NCBI GenBank assembly: GCA_018896525.1
Contig: JAHIMR010000054.1
Location: forward strand, 1 to 34,968
Direction: 5' to 3'
DNA from: Actinomycetota bacterium
GTDB lineage: Bacteria; Actinomycetota; Geothermincolia; Fen-727; Anoxymicrobiaceae
DNA: 34,968 bases
The translations under genes and the position numbers were made by a program. This document shows positions 7,144 through 17,381 of the stretch, in pieces. Under the pieces are notes generated by a model. It had not been told where the DNA came from, ran no database searches, and saw only the letters and a program-made list of their open reading frames with translations. Position 1 is the first letter of the stretch. Each line of letters starts with the position of its first letter.

Positions 7144-10100
7144 TTAGAAGCCGATTACGTCGTGGCCACCGGTCCAGGCGCCTTGGTAGTTGAAGTACAT
7201 GGGGCGCTCCACCACTATCTTGATTCCGTTGGTTGACTCCACCTTCGCCGAGAAGTCATGAGCGGCGTCGTCACCCACACCCAGCGTATCCTTAACGGCA
7301 ACCGTCGAGCGGGAATGCGCCCCGACCGTCACATCCTGTTCCCGTGTAGTTCCATCGCCCTTCATGTAGGTTATCTTCACCTCGGCAACGGCAAGCTCCG
7401 GGTTCTCGATACAGATGTAGGAATCGAAGCCGGGGCGGCAGGTGCCCTCGGCGAAGTAAAAGGCCGTCTTCGGCGCGAGCGCGCCCACCACGTCCGAACC
7501 CCCCGTCCAGCCGGCGGCACCGTAGGAGAAGTACATGGGCCGCTCGGCTATGATCTCCTGCAGGTTGGTTGACTCCACCTGGCAGGAGAAGTCGTGAGCG
7601 GCGTCGTCACCTTCCCCAAGGACGTCTTTTACCCTCACGGTTGAGCGTGTCCGTGCTCCCACAACCAGTGACTGCTCGACACTGTTTCCGTCACCCTTCA
7701 AGTAGGTGATATCGACATAGGAATCGTTGGCCTGCGGGTTCTGGATACAGATGTAAGGGTCAAAGCCGGGGCGGCAGGTGCCCTCGGCGAAGTAGAAACA
7801 GTTACGTGGCGCGAGCGCGCCCACCACGTCGTGCCCGCCCGTAATTACACCGTGATAGTTGAAGTACATCGGCCTTTCGGCAACTATCTTTACATCGCTG
7901 GTTGACTCAACCTTCGCCGAGAAGTCATGGGCGGGATCGTCCCCCACGCCAAGGGCATCGTTCACCGTAACGGTTGAGCGGGAGTGCGCGGCAACAACGA
8001 GATCCTGCTCCTGGGTCATGCCGTCGCCCTTCATGTAGGTGATCTTCACCTGCGCCTCAGTATCATCCGGGTTCTGTATGCAGAAATAAGGTTCGAATCC
8101 GGGGCGGCAGGTGCCCTCGGCGAAGTAGAACGTGGAGGCCGGCGCCAGCGCCCCCACAACGTCCGAACCGCCAGTCCAGGCGCCACCGTAGTTGAAGTAC
8201 ATCGGCCTCTCGGCGATGATCTCTTCCCCGTTGGTGCACTCCACCTTGGCCGAGAAATCGTGCGCGGGGTCGTCCCCCTCCCCCAGGGTATCCTTCACCA
8301 CGACGGTTGAGCGGGAGTGCGCGGGAACGTCGAGCACCTGTTCTTGTGTGGTTCCGTCGCCCTTCATGTAGGTAATCTTCACATCAGCATCGTTGTCACA
8401 AGGATCCTGGATGCAGATATAGGGGTCGAAGCCGGGGCGGCAGGTGCCTTCCGCGAAGTAAAACATGAAGTCGGTTACCGTGAATCTCTCGCCCTCCGAT
8501 GTGCCCCAGGGGCATCTCACTTCTACGGCACCGGTGAAGCTTCCAAACGGAACAGAGCACAGTATCTCGGAATCAGACCAGGAAATATACTCTGTGACCG
8601 GTATGCCGTTGAAGGTGACATCCGAAGAACCCCTGGTGTTTCCGAAGTTCCCCCCACTTATGGTCACCTGCGTTCCCACCGTACCGGAGATTGGCGTAAT
8701 GCTGTGTACGAAGGGAGGATGAGCCGGCGCTTCGTAGATCGTCAGGCCTCCCGCCAGGGGATGAGGGACCTCCGCCCCAGTGATGACGTTTACGTCCCGT
8801 TCGCCGGGGGTCGCCGCAACGCCCACTTTTATCTTCGCGGTGGCGTGAGCGGAGTCGGTTACCGTGGTTGATTCAACGGCAACGCCTTCCCCCGAGATGT
8901 CCGCTTTACTCACGCCATCCTCGAAGTGGGTGTTGTTTCCCAGTACGTGAAGATCAACCTCGTGGCCCTGGACTACCTCGGTGGGAGAACAGGCCTTGAT
9001 GGCCGGCGCTTCGGTAAAGACGGTGAAAGCGCGTTTGAGGGGGTAAGGCTCCCTGGTTCCGGTGATAACGTTGACGTCCCGGGCGCCCGCGGGCGCGTCC
9101 TGGGCAATCGTTATGTTAGCGGTAGCGTGGTTGAGATCCTGTACGGTGGTGGAGTTCACGGTGATGCCATCGCCGGAGAAAGTGGCTACGCTGACCCCGG
9201 GGGTGAAGCTCTCGCCGTCACCCAGGATCTTGACGTCCACCGTTTCTCCGGGTTTGCCCGACCCGGGATGCACCGAGGCGATAAAGAGGGCCTGGACCTG
9301 TGTGTTGACGGTACCGCCGGGCGGAATCTCATCCATCTTGACGCGCAACGTCATATAGCTCGTCCTGGGACGCCAGTACTCCAGGAGGGTTCCGTTGGAT
9401 ATGCGGTAGCGGCCGACATCGCCTATATCGTCCATGGGGAAATCGACTACCGTACTGTCAAGGTTCACCGGAGGGTCACCCTCCGTGAAGTAGTTGGTGC
9501 ACCTGAAACTCTTGTTGACGCTATCGGAATCCGTTGAGTCAAAGCCCGCGTCCACCGCCGGTGTATCGAGGTCCGCCAGCGCCAGATACGCCTCCGCGAA
9601 GTTCGAGTGCTTCTTTATCTGGGTGTCCTTGTAGGTGGGCAGGGAGTAGCAGTCACCCTTGTAGTTGTACCTGCCAACCGCTCCATCTTCAATGAATACC
9701 TGGCGCATTCCCGGGTACTCGATTGTCCCGAAGCTGGTGGTAGTGGTGTTGAGGTGTGTCACCTTCTTGGGATGGGACGTGTCGATGAAAACATCGTCCC
9801 TGTGGACATGCCCGCTTATCGCCAGGCCGACACCGTAGTCATGAGTGTACTTCATGAGGTCGTCCATCTGGGCCTGGCTCGCCCAGGTGTCCCCGCTTGA
9901 TTTTCCGTAGAACGGATGGTGGACCGCCATCATCAACAACTCATACTTGCCCTTGACCTTGGCGAGGTCGCCTAACATCCACCCCCACTGGTTTTCCCTC
10001 ATCGCCCCGTTCGCATCAACCGGGCACAAGTAGGGCCATATATCCATGCTGGAGCGCTGGCCCTTCCCCAGTAACGCCCAGGGGTCCCTCTGCGGTTTGT

Positions 10101-11187
10101 CGTACCCATTCATGCCGGTGATGTGGAGCTTGTCGCCGTAATCCCACCCGCCGAACCGGGGGCCTATCATGGTGTGCCAGATGTGCGCTCCGTCCTGATG
10201 ATGCTTGTGTGTGTGGGGTTGGTTTCCCCCATTCTGCTTCTGGAGGTTGTAGCAGTCGTGGTTGCCCGGTATGCAAAAGACCGGAACCTCGAGCCGCAGT
10301 AGCTGTTCGTAGGCCTGACTGTATTCTCCGTCCCAGTCGGGCGCCTCTCCGGCGAAGTCGGTCCTCTTGTCCGCCGGCCAGTATAGAGGACAAAGGTCAG
10401 CGGCAAACTCGGGAACCCCGAAGGGCAGGTCGCCGGTCATGATCACAAAGTCGGGGTTCAACCTGTTCACGTTGTCCAGCGCCTTCAGGTTGTAGAGGTA
10501 GTTCTTGAACTGGCTGGGATCCGGGTACGGCCCCGGCACGAAGGCGATGCCGGGCCCCCGCGGGTCATTGACGTGAAAGTCGGTGATCTGTATGAAGTTG
10601 TAGTCGTCCTTGTACTCGTCTATCACCTGTACCGCGTGGGGTTGGGAATCGGTTATGGTGGTTGCCCCATCCGCGGTCACCTGCAGGTCATAGAGATCCG
10701 AGCGTGCACTCGAGGGCACCTTCACTGTAACGTGCCATACCTCCTTGCCGGCCCACGGCCCCGACCACTCTCCCTTGGCCGGCGATTCCGGCGAAGCGCC
10801 TTTCGCCCACGCCAACGACTCAGCCCTGACCGCGTTCTGGACCGGCAGGTCCGCAACGGTCGGCCACTGGTCATTGGATGAAAGGAGCCTGACGTCCCAG
10901 TCGGAGACATCGGGCTGCGATCCGCCCGCGCCCTTGCCAACATAGTCGAACTCCAGGGTAAACGTCTCTCCCTTCTTTCGGATCACCGGGCAGCCGATTG
11001 TGGGATAGTCAAGGTGGGTTATCTTCCAGGGCCAGCCGTCGGGTATGTTGACCTCGGTCGGCACGGGTGCGGCCTCCGCCTGCCCGGCCGGCAGCATGGC
11101 GATAGACATACCCATAGCCAGCAGTAACACCAGCGCTGCACAAACGACCCTGGACAAAACGACCGGCTTCCTGATTCTCTCTACCAT
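7144..11187 (-). CDS. Secreted giant surface protein: calcineurin-like metallophosphoesterase head, Ig-like/IPT domains, and five C-terminal ~115-aa repeats of the shared module
   Basis: The signal peptide is MVERIRKPVVLSRVVCAALVLLLAMGMSIAMLPAGQAEAAP. The metallophosphatase motifs are ITDFHVND, IMTGDLPFG, CIPGNHDCYN, MAVHHPFYG and ISGHVHRDD. An IPT-like domain reads VTISGGNFG...VTFNGIPVTEYISWSDSEILCSVP. The five C-terminal repeats read YFAEGTCRPGF[DE]PYICIQ[ND]P...VKITYMKGDG..EQ...V.AHSRSTV.V.D.LG.GDD.AHDFSAKVE....I.AERPMYFNY. The start is taken as the ATG at 11187, which precedes the signal peptide. The ORF also extends upstream to 11268. Confidence 0.85.
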   Translation of the reverse strand: MVERIRKPVVLSRVVCAALVLLLAMGMSIAMLPAGQAEAAPVPTEVNIPDGWPWKITHLDYPTIGCPVIRKKGETFTLEFDYVGKGAGGSQPDVSDWDVRLLSSNDQWPTVADLPVQNAVRAESLAWAKGASPESPAKGEWSGPWAGKEVWHVTVKVPSSARSDLYDLQVTADGATTITDSQPHAVQVIDEYKDDYNFIQITDFHVNDPRGPGIAFVPGPYPDPSQFKNYLYNLKALDNVNRLNPDFVIMTGDLPFGVPEFAADLCPLYWPADKRTDFAGEAPDWDGEYSQAYEQLLRLEVPVFCIPGNHDCYNLQKQNGGNQPHTHKHHQDGAHIWHTMIGPRFGGWDYGDKLHITGMNGYDKPQRDPWALLGKGQRSSMDIWPYLCPVDANGAMRENQWGWMLGDLAKVKGKYELLMMAVHHPFYGKSSGDTWASQAQMDDLMKYTHDYGVGLAISGHVHRDDVFIDTSHPKKVTHLNTTTTSFGTIEYPGMRQVFIEDGAVGRYNYKGDCYSLPTYKDTQIKKHSNFAEAYLALADLDTPAVDAGFDSTDSDSVNKSFRCTNYFTEGDPPVNLDSTVVDFPMDDIGDVGRYRISNGTLLEYWRPRTSYMTLRVKMDEIPPGGTVNTQVQALFIASVHPGSGKPGETVDVKILGDGESFTPGVSVATFSGDGITVNSTTVQDLNHATANITIAQDAPAGARDVNVITGTREPYPLKRAFTVFTEAPAIKACSPTEVVQGHEVDLHVLGNNTHFEDGVSKADISGEGVAVESTTVTDSAHATAKIKVGVAATPGERDVNVITGAEVPHPLAGGLTIYEAPAHPPFVHSITPISGTVGTQVTISGGNFGNTRGSSDVTFNGIPVTEYISWSDSEILCSVPFGSFTGAVEVRCPWGTSEGERFTVTDFMFYFAEGTCRPGFDPYICIQDPCDNDADVKITYMKGDGTTQEQVLDVPAHSRSTVVVKDTLGEGDDPAHDFSAKVECTNGEEIIAERPMYFNYGGAWTGGSDVVGALAPASTFYFAEGTCRPGFEPYFCIQNPDDTEAQVKITYMKGDGMTQEQDLVVAAHSRSTVTVNDALGVGDDPAHDFSAKVESTSDVKIVAERPMYFNYHGVITGGHDVVGALAPRNCFYFAEGTCRPGFDPYICIQNPQANDSYVDITYLKGDGNSVEQSLVVGARTRSTVRVKDVLGEGDDAAHDFSCQVESTNLQEIIAERPMYFSYGAAGWTGGSDVVGALAPKTAFYFAEGTCRPGFDSYICIENPELAVAEVKITYMKGDGTTREQDVTVGAHSRSTVAVKDTLGVGDDAAHDFSAKVESTNGIKIVVERPMYFNYQGAWTGGHDVIGF

Positions 11188-11428
11188 TTCAGCAACACCT
11201 TTCCCTCGAGGCTGCCCGGTGTCCCGTCTCATAAATACAATGGCATTCGAACGCCGCTGCATCCACACCGGCCGCGTTCCGCTCCCTCGAAGTACTCCAA
11301 GAGTACGACTTCAGTCGCGCGCCTTGCCGGAGCGGCGCTTCGACGCTCTCGGTGCGTCACCGTACTTATGAGAAGGGACACTGCTTTCACCGCCGTAGCA
11401 CCTGCCGCGAATCCGCCGCGGCGGTTTT

Positions 11429-13801
11429 CTAGTTCACGTCGAACCCCACGGAGCCGGTGGCGCACTGCCTTTCGTTGTAGTACAGTGCCCTTTCCACCAC
11501 CACCGGTCTATCCGATGTAACCCGCGTGGAAACGTTATATGTCTCGACTGTGTCAGCTATATTGACGCTTACCCTGCACCCGGGCGCCACGTCTATACCT
11601 GGTCCCTCCTTCTCGCCCTCACCGGTCATGTAGGTTACTGTCACGTGAGCGGTCTCCGCCCCCGGGTTCTGCACCAGTATCCAGGTCTCGAAGCCACCGT
11701 AGGTACTGCCTTCGGCCACATACCAGGCCACGCCCGTGTTCGTAGAGCCTACCGAGCCGGTGGCGCACTGCCTGTCGTTGTAGTAGAGCGCCCTCTCCAC
11801 CACCACCGGGTTGTCGGAGGCCACCCGTGTTGACACCGTGTATGTCTCCACCGTGTCGGCCACGTTCACGCTCTGCCTGCATCCCGCACCCACGGTGAGC
11901 GTGGGGCCCGCAACCTCCTCCCATTCGGTCTGGTACGTAAGTTCAACCTTGGCTGGCTCGCTCCCCGGGTTCTGCACCAGTATCCAGGTCTCGAAGCCGC
12001 CGCAAGTGCTCCCCTCGGCCACGTACCAGTTAGTGTCCGTGTCGGTGGCCCCTACCGAGCCGGTGGCACACTGCCTTTCGTTGTAGTAAAGCGCCCTCTC
12101 CACCACTACCGGGTTGTCCGACGTCACCCCGGTTGATACCTCGATCGTCTCAACGGTATCCGCCACGTTCACGCTCCGCCTTGTCCCCGGCTGTACCGTT
12201 ATGGTGGGGCCGAACGCCATCCCCTTGTCGGTGTAATATTTCAGGTTCACCTCCGCCGGTTCGCTCCCCGGGTTCTGCACCAGTATCCATGTCTCGAAGC
12301 CGCCGGAGGTGCTGCCTTCCGCCACGTACCAGTTGGTATCGGCGCTGGTGGCACCCAGCGAGCCGGTGGCGCACTGCCTTTGGTTGTAGTAGAGCGCCCT
12401 CTCCACCACCACCGGCCTATCGGAGTTGACCTCGGTGGAGACATCAAAGCTCTCCACGGTATCCGCCACGTTCACGCTCACCCTGCTACCGGGTGGCACG
12501 TCGGTTGCGGGACCCTCCTTCTCGCCCTCGCCGGTCATGTAGGTCAGTGTCACGTGAGCGGTCTCGGCCCCCGGGTTCTGCACCAGTATCCATGTCTCGA
12601 AGCCGCCGTAGGTACTGCCTTCGGCCACGTACCACGTCGCCCCGGCGAAGCCGTTGAACGAGGCCTGGGTCCAGTCGGTGTACGGCGGACCACCGGCGAC
12701 CGCCGTCCTCCACACCTCGCATCCCCTCTCGAGGTCCGTGGCCCCCACGAAGAGGTTCGAGCCGTATGCGGCCATTGAAGAAGCGTCCAGGTTGTTGGTG
12801 TCCCCGAAGCCGCCGGTATTGACCTGCTCGAAGCTGTTTCCGTCGGCGGAGCGCCAGACCCCGCAGCCGTAATCATGGTTGTAGCTCCCCACGTACAGGC
12901 AGGAGTCATAGACGCTCATGCTTGACGCGTCAACGTTGTGCTTGCTCCCGAAGCCGTCGCCGCCCAGTTGCGTCCAGTCGGCCGGGGTCGGCCCGTCGCG
13001 GCGCCATATCTCGCAGCCGGTCCCGTCGTTCCAGGTACCCGCGTACATCTTCCCGTCAAACGATTGGAGGGAAGAGACGGTGCCGTTGTGCCCGTCGGAG
13101 AAGCCGTCGTCATTCACCTGGTTGTAGTTGACGCCGTCAGCGGAGCGCCAGACCTCGCACCCGGTGACCGTGTTGTGGGTCCCGACGTACAGTTCAGACC
13201 CGTTCACCGCCATAGAAGAGGCGTCCAGGTTGTTCGTGTCCCCGAAGCCGCCGGTGCCGACCCGGTTCCAGGTACCGCCGTCCGCCGAGCGCCAGACCTC
13301 GCAGCCGGACTGGTGGTTCTCGAGACCTGCGTACAGCGCTCCATCATAGACGGCCATCGACGAGACACTGTGGTTGTGGCCGCTCCCGAACCCCCCGGTT
13401 TGGACCCGTGTCCAGTCTGTCCCGTCGTATCGCCAGACCTCGCAGCCGCTGACCCAGTTCATTGTCCCGGCGTACAACTCGGAGTTGAACACCGCCATCG
13501 AGGCGACCCCGTCGTTGTTGGCGTTCCCGAACCCGCGGGTGGCGACCCTGGTCCAGTCGCTTCCGTCGTAGCGCCAGACCTCGCAGCCGCTGAGCCAGTG
13601 GAGCGTCCCCGTGTACAGATCCGTCCCGTACGAGGCCATCGCATTGATGGCACACTGCTGCCCGTTGCCACCGGCGAACCAGGGCACCGGGTCGCCCGCC
13701 GCACCGGTTTCCATTCCGCCCGCCAGTGAAAACGACCCCAGGAGCAGGCCAGCCGTCATTATGAGAACCGACAGCCAGACCATAATTCTCATTCGTCTCA
13801 T
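11429..13801 (-). CDS. Secreted surface protein: beta-propeller of ~8 blades (47-aa repeats ...GFG..NN..ASSMAV....LY.GT.N...GCEVWR.DG..W..V) plus four C-terminal repeats of the shared module
   Basis: The signal peptide is MRRMRIMVWLSVLIMTAGLLLGSFSLAGG. The GCEVWR[YS].DG repeats are visible by eye and number seven to eight. The C-terminal repeats read WYVAEGST.GGFETWILVQNPG.E.A.V.L.Y.T......GP...V..G.R.SVNVADTVE...VST.V.SD.PVVVERALYYN. An AGGGGG RBS lies 6 nt upstream of the ATG at 13801. Confidence 0.8.
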   Translation of the reverse strand: MRRMRIMVWLSVLIMTAGLLLGSFSLAGGMETGAAGDPVPWFAGGNGQQCAINAMASYGTDLYTGTLHWLSGCEVWRYDGSDWTRVATRGFGNANNDGVASMAVFNSELYAGTMNWVSGCEVWRYDGTDWTRVQTGGFGSGHNHSVSSMAVYDGALYAGLENHQSGCEVWRSADGGTWNRVGTGGFGDTNNLDASSMAVNGSELYVGTHNTVTGCEVWRSADGVNYNQVNDDGFSDGHNGTVSSLQSFDGKMYAGTWNDGTGCEIWRRDGPTPADWTQLGGDGFGSKHNVDASSMSVYDSCLYVGSYNHDYGCGVWRSADGNSFEQVNTGGFGDTNNLDASSMAAYGSNLFVGATDLERGCEVWRTAVAGGPPYTDWTQASFNGFAGATWYVAEGSTYGGFETWILVQNPGAETAHVTLTYMTGEGEKEGPATDVPPGSRVSVNVADTVESFDVSTEVNSDRPVVVERALYYNQRQCATGSLGATSADTNWYVAEGSTSGGFETWILVQNPGSEPAEVNLKYYTDKGMAFGPTITVQPGTRRSVNVADTVETIEVSTGVTSDNPVVVERALYYNERQCATGSVGATDTDTNWYVAEGSTCGGFETWILVQNPGSEPAKVELTYQTEWEEVAGPTLTVGAGCRQSVNVADTVETYTVSTRVASDNPVVVERALYYNDRQCATGSVGSTNTGVAWYVAEGSTYGGFETWILVQNPGAETAHVTVTYMTGEGEKEGPGIDVAPGCRVSVNIADTVETYNVSTRVTSDRPVVVERALYYNERQCATGSVGFDVN

Positions 13802-13831
13802 TGTTACCCCCTGAACGCTACGTTTTGCATG

Positions 13832-13850
13832 ATTGTTGATTATATCACCC
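13832..13850 (-). promoter_or_regulatory. Candidate sigma-70-type promoter (extended -10: TGATATAAT) for the 790-aa surface-protein gene
   Basis: On the minus strand the sequence is GCGGGTGATATAATCAACAATC, about 35 nt upstream of the ATG. The TGnTATAAT is perfect. No good -35 is present, which is acceptable for extended -10 promoters. Confidence 0.35.
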
Positions 13851-13897
13851 GCAGGAAAACGATTGAGAAATGAATCCGGGGGTTGAGTCGAGGGATG

Positions 13898-14629
13898 TCA
13901 GTTGTGCGAAAGGATCTTGGAGAAGAACTCCCGTGTCCTCGGGCTCCGGGGGTTGGTGAACACGTCGACCGGTTTCCCTTCTTCCACTATCTCCCCTTCA
14001 TCCATGAAGACCATCCGGTCCCCCATCTCCTTGGCGAAGCCCATCTCGTGGGTCACCACGATCATGGTCATCCCCTCACGGACCAGGTCCTTCATGGTGT
14101 CGAGGACCTCCTTGACCAGTTCCGGGTCAAGGGCGGACGTCACCTCGTCGAACAGCATGACATCCGGGTCCATGGCGAACGCCCGTGCGATCGCCACCCT
14201 CTGCTGCTGACCCCCCGAGAGGTGCGCCGGGTAGCTGTCGGCCTTTTCCTTCAGGCCAACCTTGTCCAGAAGTTCGATCCCTCTCCTGTCCGCGTCCTTC
14301 TGCTTCATATCCTTGACCTTGACCGGAGCCAGTGTGACGTTCCCTAAGGCGGTGAGGTGTGGAAACAGGTTAAAGTTCTGAAATACCATCCCCAGTTTCT
14401 GCCGCACCAGGTTGATATCAGTGTCGTGGTCGGTTATGTCTATCCCCTCGACATAGACGTGTCCGCCGGTCGCGTGCTCCAGCCCGTTGATGCACCGCAG
14501 TAGCGTGCTCTTGCCTGAGCCGCTGGGGCCCACTATGACGACAACCTCCGAGGGCTGCACCTCGAAGTTTATCCCCCTCAATACCTCGTGGTGACCGAAC
14601 TTCTTCACCAGGTTCACAGTGCGTATCAT
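13898..14629 (-). CDS. Polar amino acid ABC transporter ATP-binding protein (GlnQ/ArtP-like)
   Basis: The Walker A motif is GPSGSGKST, the ABC signature is [14 protein letters not shown], and the Walker B motif is [12 protein letters not shown]. The start is the ATG at 14629 ([12 protein letters not shown]...). An in-frame TTG at 14647 would overlap the permease stop. Confidence 0.9.
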   Translation of the reverse strand: MIRTVNLVKKFGHHEVLRGINFEVQPSEVVVIVGPSGSGKSTLLRCINGLEHATGGHVYVEGIDITDHDTDINLVRQKLGMVFQNFNLFPHLTALGNVTLAPVKVKDMKQKDADRRGIELLDKVGLKEKADSYPAHLSGGQQQRVAIARAFAMDPDVMLFDEVTSALDPELVKEVLDTMKDLVREGMTMIVVTHEMGFAKEMGDRMVFMDEGEIVEEGKPVDVFTNPRSPRTREFFSKILSHN

Positions 14630-14643
14630 TGCCTCTTCCGTTT

Positions 14644-15285
14644 TCAATCCCCCCTTGCCATCCTCTTCTCAATGTACTGGACCAGCCGCATCAAGGGAAT
14701 CGTCAGCATCAGGTAACAGATAGCCACCCCGACCAGCGGCGTCACGCTGGCCAGGGTTCCCATCAACTCACGACCCCTCTGGAACACCTCCGCCAGCGCG
14801 ATCACCGAGACCAGCGCGGTGTCCTTGAGAAGGGCGATAAACTCGTTGGAGAGAGGTGGTATCACCCGCCTGACGGCCTGGGGCAGAATGATGTAGCGCA
14901 TCGACTTCATGTACCCCATGCCCAGCGAGCGGGCCGCCTCCATCTGGCCCTTGTCGATCGACTCGATGCCAGAGCGGAATATCTCCGCCTCGTAAGCCGC
15001 ATAACAGACCGTCAGGGCCAGCACTCCGGCGGTGAAGCGGTCCAGGTTCAGTCCCAGGTGCCCCAGCCCGAAGTAGATAATCACTATCTGGAGGATTAAG
15101 GGAATTCCCCTTATCACATCGATGTACACCGCCGCCAGGAACCGGAACACCCGTACCCTGGATATCCTCACCAGGGAGAGTAGCAGTCCCAGGATAAGGA
15201 TGCACACCTCCGAGACAACTGCCAGCTTGATGGTGATCCACATGCCCCGCAGCAGGTACGGCATCGACTCCCAGAGTATCTTCAT
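14644..15285 (-). CDS. Polar amino acid ABC transporter permease (HisM/GlnP-like)
   Basis: The 213-aa product has 5 TM segments and the EAA-like loop [30 protein letters not shown]. It sits in an operon with the SBP and ATPase genes. Confidence 0.9.
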   Translation of the reverse strand: MKILWESMPYLLRGMWITIKLAVVSEVCILILGLLLSLVRISRVRVFRFLAAVYIDVIRGIPLILQIVIIYFGLGHLGLNLDRFTAGVLALTVCYAAYEAEIFRSGIESIDKGQMEAARSLGMGYMKSMRYIILPQAVRRVIPPLSNEFIALLKDTALVSVIALAEVFQRGRELMGTLASVTPLVGVAICYLMLTIPLMRLVQYIEKRMARGD

Positions 15286-15341
15286 GTTGAAGAACTCACT
15301 TAAGAAATCGTTTACCTGGACCGCCCCCTTTCAGGCAACAA

Positions 15342-15374
15342 ACGCGGGGACCCGCGGTAAGCAGGTCCCCGTGT
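15342..15374 (-). terminator. Intra-operon stem-loop, a possible partial terminator or attenuator, between the SBP and permease genes
   Basis: On the minus-strand RNA the stem-loop is CACGGGGACC-UGCUUACCGCG-GGUCCCGCGU, with 10/11 bp paired and UUUGUUG following. This arrangement commonly gives excess SBP transcript. Confidence 0.35.
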
Positions 15375-15401
15375 CGTCAGCGCATGTCTTCCAGCCGATT
15401 T

Positions 15402-16172
15402 CTAGCTCGACTCGCCGAACCACTTCGTGAAGATCGTGTCGTAGGTGCCGTCATCCTTCATCTCTTTGAGCGCCCCGTTTATCTTCTCGAGCAGTTCCGT
15501 GTTCTCCTTGTTGACCCCGATACCGTACTGCTCATCGGTCTTTATCTTGGCAACCACCTCGGTCTTGCCCCTCTCCTGGCTTATGTAGGCGTTGACCGGA
15601 TAGTCGTTCACTATCGCGTCCACTTTGCCCAGTTCCAGGGCCTCGAACGCAAGCAGGATAGTGTCGAACTTCTGTATCTCGGCCAGCCCCTCCATCTCCT
15701 CGGCGGTAAACTGGCCGGTGGTGTCGAGCTGCACACCGACTATCTTGCCCTTGAGGTCATCCTCGCCCTTGATGTCTGAGCCCTTTGCCACCGCTATTGA
15801 CTGGTCGGAGTCGATGTAGGGATCCGAGAAGTTTATCTCCTTCTCCCTGTCCGGGGTGATGGTCATCGCCGACATAATTACGTCGTACTTGTCGGACTTC
15901 AGACCGGGAATTATCCCGTCCCATGCCGTCGATATGACATCCAGCTCCAGGTCCAGCTTCTTGGCTATCTCGGTGGCGATGTCTACGTCGAAACCGACCG
16001 CCTTGCCACCATCCATGTTCTCGAACGGGGGGTAGGCGGTGTCGCTCCCCATCTGCAGCTTGCCCTCCTCGAGTGTCATCCCCTTCTCCCCGCATCCCGC
16101 AAGGAGCGTGGCGGCAACCATTGCCATCACCGCCAGCAGGACTACTGCTGTCCCAAACCTCTTTCCTTTCAT
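15402..16172 (-). CDS. Polar amino acid ABC transporter substrate-binding lipoprotein
   Basis: The N-terminus is MKGKRFGTAVVLLAVMAMVAATLLAGCGEK, with the lipobox LAGC. It has a periplasmic-binding-protein family 3 fold (DKYDVIMSAMTITPDREKEINFSDPY...). The start ATG is at 16172, with an AAGGAGG RBS 4 nt upstream. The 414-aa ORF in the track is a spurious 5' extension. Confidence 0.9.
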   Translation of the reverse strand: MKGKRFGTAVVLLAVMAMVAATLLAGCGEKGMTLEEGKLQMGSDTAYPPFENMDGGKAVGFDVDIATEIAKKLDLELDVISTAWDGIIPGLKSDKYDVIMSAMTITPDREKEINFSDPYIDSDQSIAVAKGSDIKGEDDLKGKIVGVQLDTTGQFTAEEMEGLAEIQKFDTILLAFEALELGKVDAIVNDYPVNAYISQERGKTEVVAKIKTDEQYGIGVNKENTELLEKINGALKEMKDDGTYDTIFTKWFGESS

Positions 16173-16380
16173 AAGACCTCCTTCTCTCGCGACTGCGCCG
16201 CTTCTCTTACCTACCCGTTGGAACCCTCGCATTCCCATAACCGTGCGATGACTGCTGTTACCGCGGGAACAAGGACATTGGCAATTATAATGTGTTAGCC
16301 GGTAAAATGCCACGAATGAGCTTTCGGGTTCATTTTCAACTAACGCAACTATCGTAGTCGACCGAGGCAGTGGACTCCTC

Positions 16381-17283
16381 ATGAACGCAACCGAAAACAG
16401 TGGAACCAGGCGGTTGTTCGGCCGGGCCCGCCGCGCCGAGGCGATGCTGGTCGCGGTCACCGCGGTATGGGGGCTGACGTTCTCCCTGGTGAAAGAGAGC
16501 CTGAACGAGATATCCCCGTTCGTGTTCATGTCCTTCCGCTTCTGGCTGGCGTTCGTGTTAGTGGCGCTGTTCTGCGTGGGAAGGATGCACAAGGTTGACC
16601 GGGGGTTGCTGAAGGCCGGCTTCCTCCTGGGACTTCTCCTCTTCATCGCCTACGCCTTTCAGACGTTCGGTTTGAAGTACACCAGCGCCGGCAACGCCGG
16701 CTTCATCACCGGGCTGTTCGTGGTGTTCGTGCCGGTGCTGTCCGCGTTGATGTTGGGGCAGAGGCCCGATAAGGCCTCGACGGTAGCGATAATCGTGGCC
16801 GTTGTCGGGCTTGGATTCCTGTCCCTGCAAAGCGGCCTGCGGGTAAACGGCGGGGACCTCATGGTGCTGGCCTGCGCCTTCGCCCTGTCCCTGCATATCA
16901 TCTACATGGACCGGTACGTAAAGGAGTACGACCTGATGCTCCTCACCCTTCTCCAGATGGGCGTACTGGCCCTCGGCAATACCGCCGCCGGGCTCGTCTT
17001 CGAGGGCTTCGCCTGGCCCGGCGGGAGGCTGGTCTGGACCACCATAATCGTGTGCGGGGTCTTCGCTTCCGCTATCGCCTTCTACGTACAGGGCTATGCC
17101 CAGCGGGTCCTGTCCCCCATCAGGACCTCGATGGTCCTCATAATGGAGCCGGTCTTCTCGGTGCTGTTCGGAATAATCCTTCTGGGAGAGACCTTGACCT
17201 GGCGCGGTTGGCTGGGGTGCGGCCTTATCCTATCGGGGATGGTGCTGACCGAGATCGTCCCCTACGTCCAGCGCGAATCCTGA
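16381..17283 (+). CDS. DMT-superfamily transporter (two EamA domains)
   Basis: The 300-aa product has about 10 TM segments and duplicated EamA-like halves. The first half reads AVTAVWGLTFSLVKESL... Confidence 0.85.
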   Translation: MNATENSGTRRLFGRARRAEAMLVAVTAVWGLTFSLVKESLNEISPFVFMSFRFWLAFVLVALFCVGRMHKVDRGLLKAGFLLGLLLFIAYAFQTFGLKYTSAGNAGFITGLFVVFVPVLSALMLGQRPDKASTVAIIVAVVGLGFLSLQSGLRVNGGDLMVLACAFALSLHIIYMDRYVKEYDLMLLTLLQMGVLALGNTAAGLVFEGFAWPGGRLVWTTIIVCGVFASAIAFYVQGYAQRVLSPIRTSMVLIMEPVFSVLFGIILLGETLTWRGWLGCGLILSGMVLTEIVPYVQRES

Positions 17284-17381
17284 GGGGTACCAGTAACCCT
17301 CATTTTCCCCGGATACGGACTGGACCAATGAATAGGGAAGATATGATATTCTTCTACCAACCACATTGAAAGGAGTCTGTT

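Noticed and set aside
7144-11268. Using the longest ORF starts for the giant proteins (11268, 4716, 30528)
   Set aside because: Internal ATGs at 11187, 4665 and 30459 immediately precede canonical signal peptides, and two of the three have purine-rich RBSs. The longest ORFs add non-signal-like extensions, and the one at 4716 starts with TTG.
15402-16646. A 414-aa ORF version of the substrate-binding protein
   Set aside because: The N-terminal 158 residues are low-complexity read-through of the intergenic region. The internal ATG at 16172 has a strong AAGGAGG RBS and gives a textbook lipoprotein signal (LAGC).
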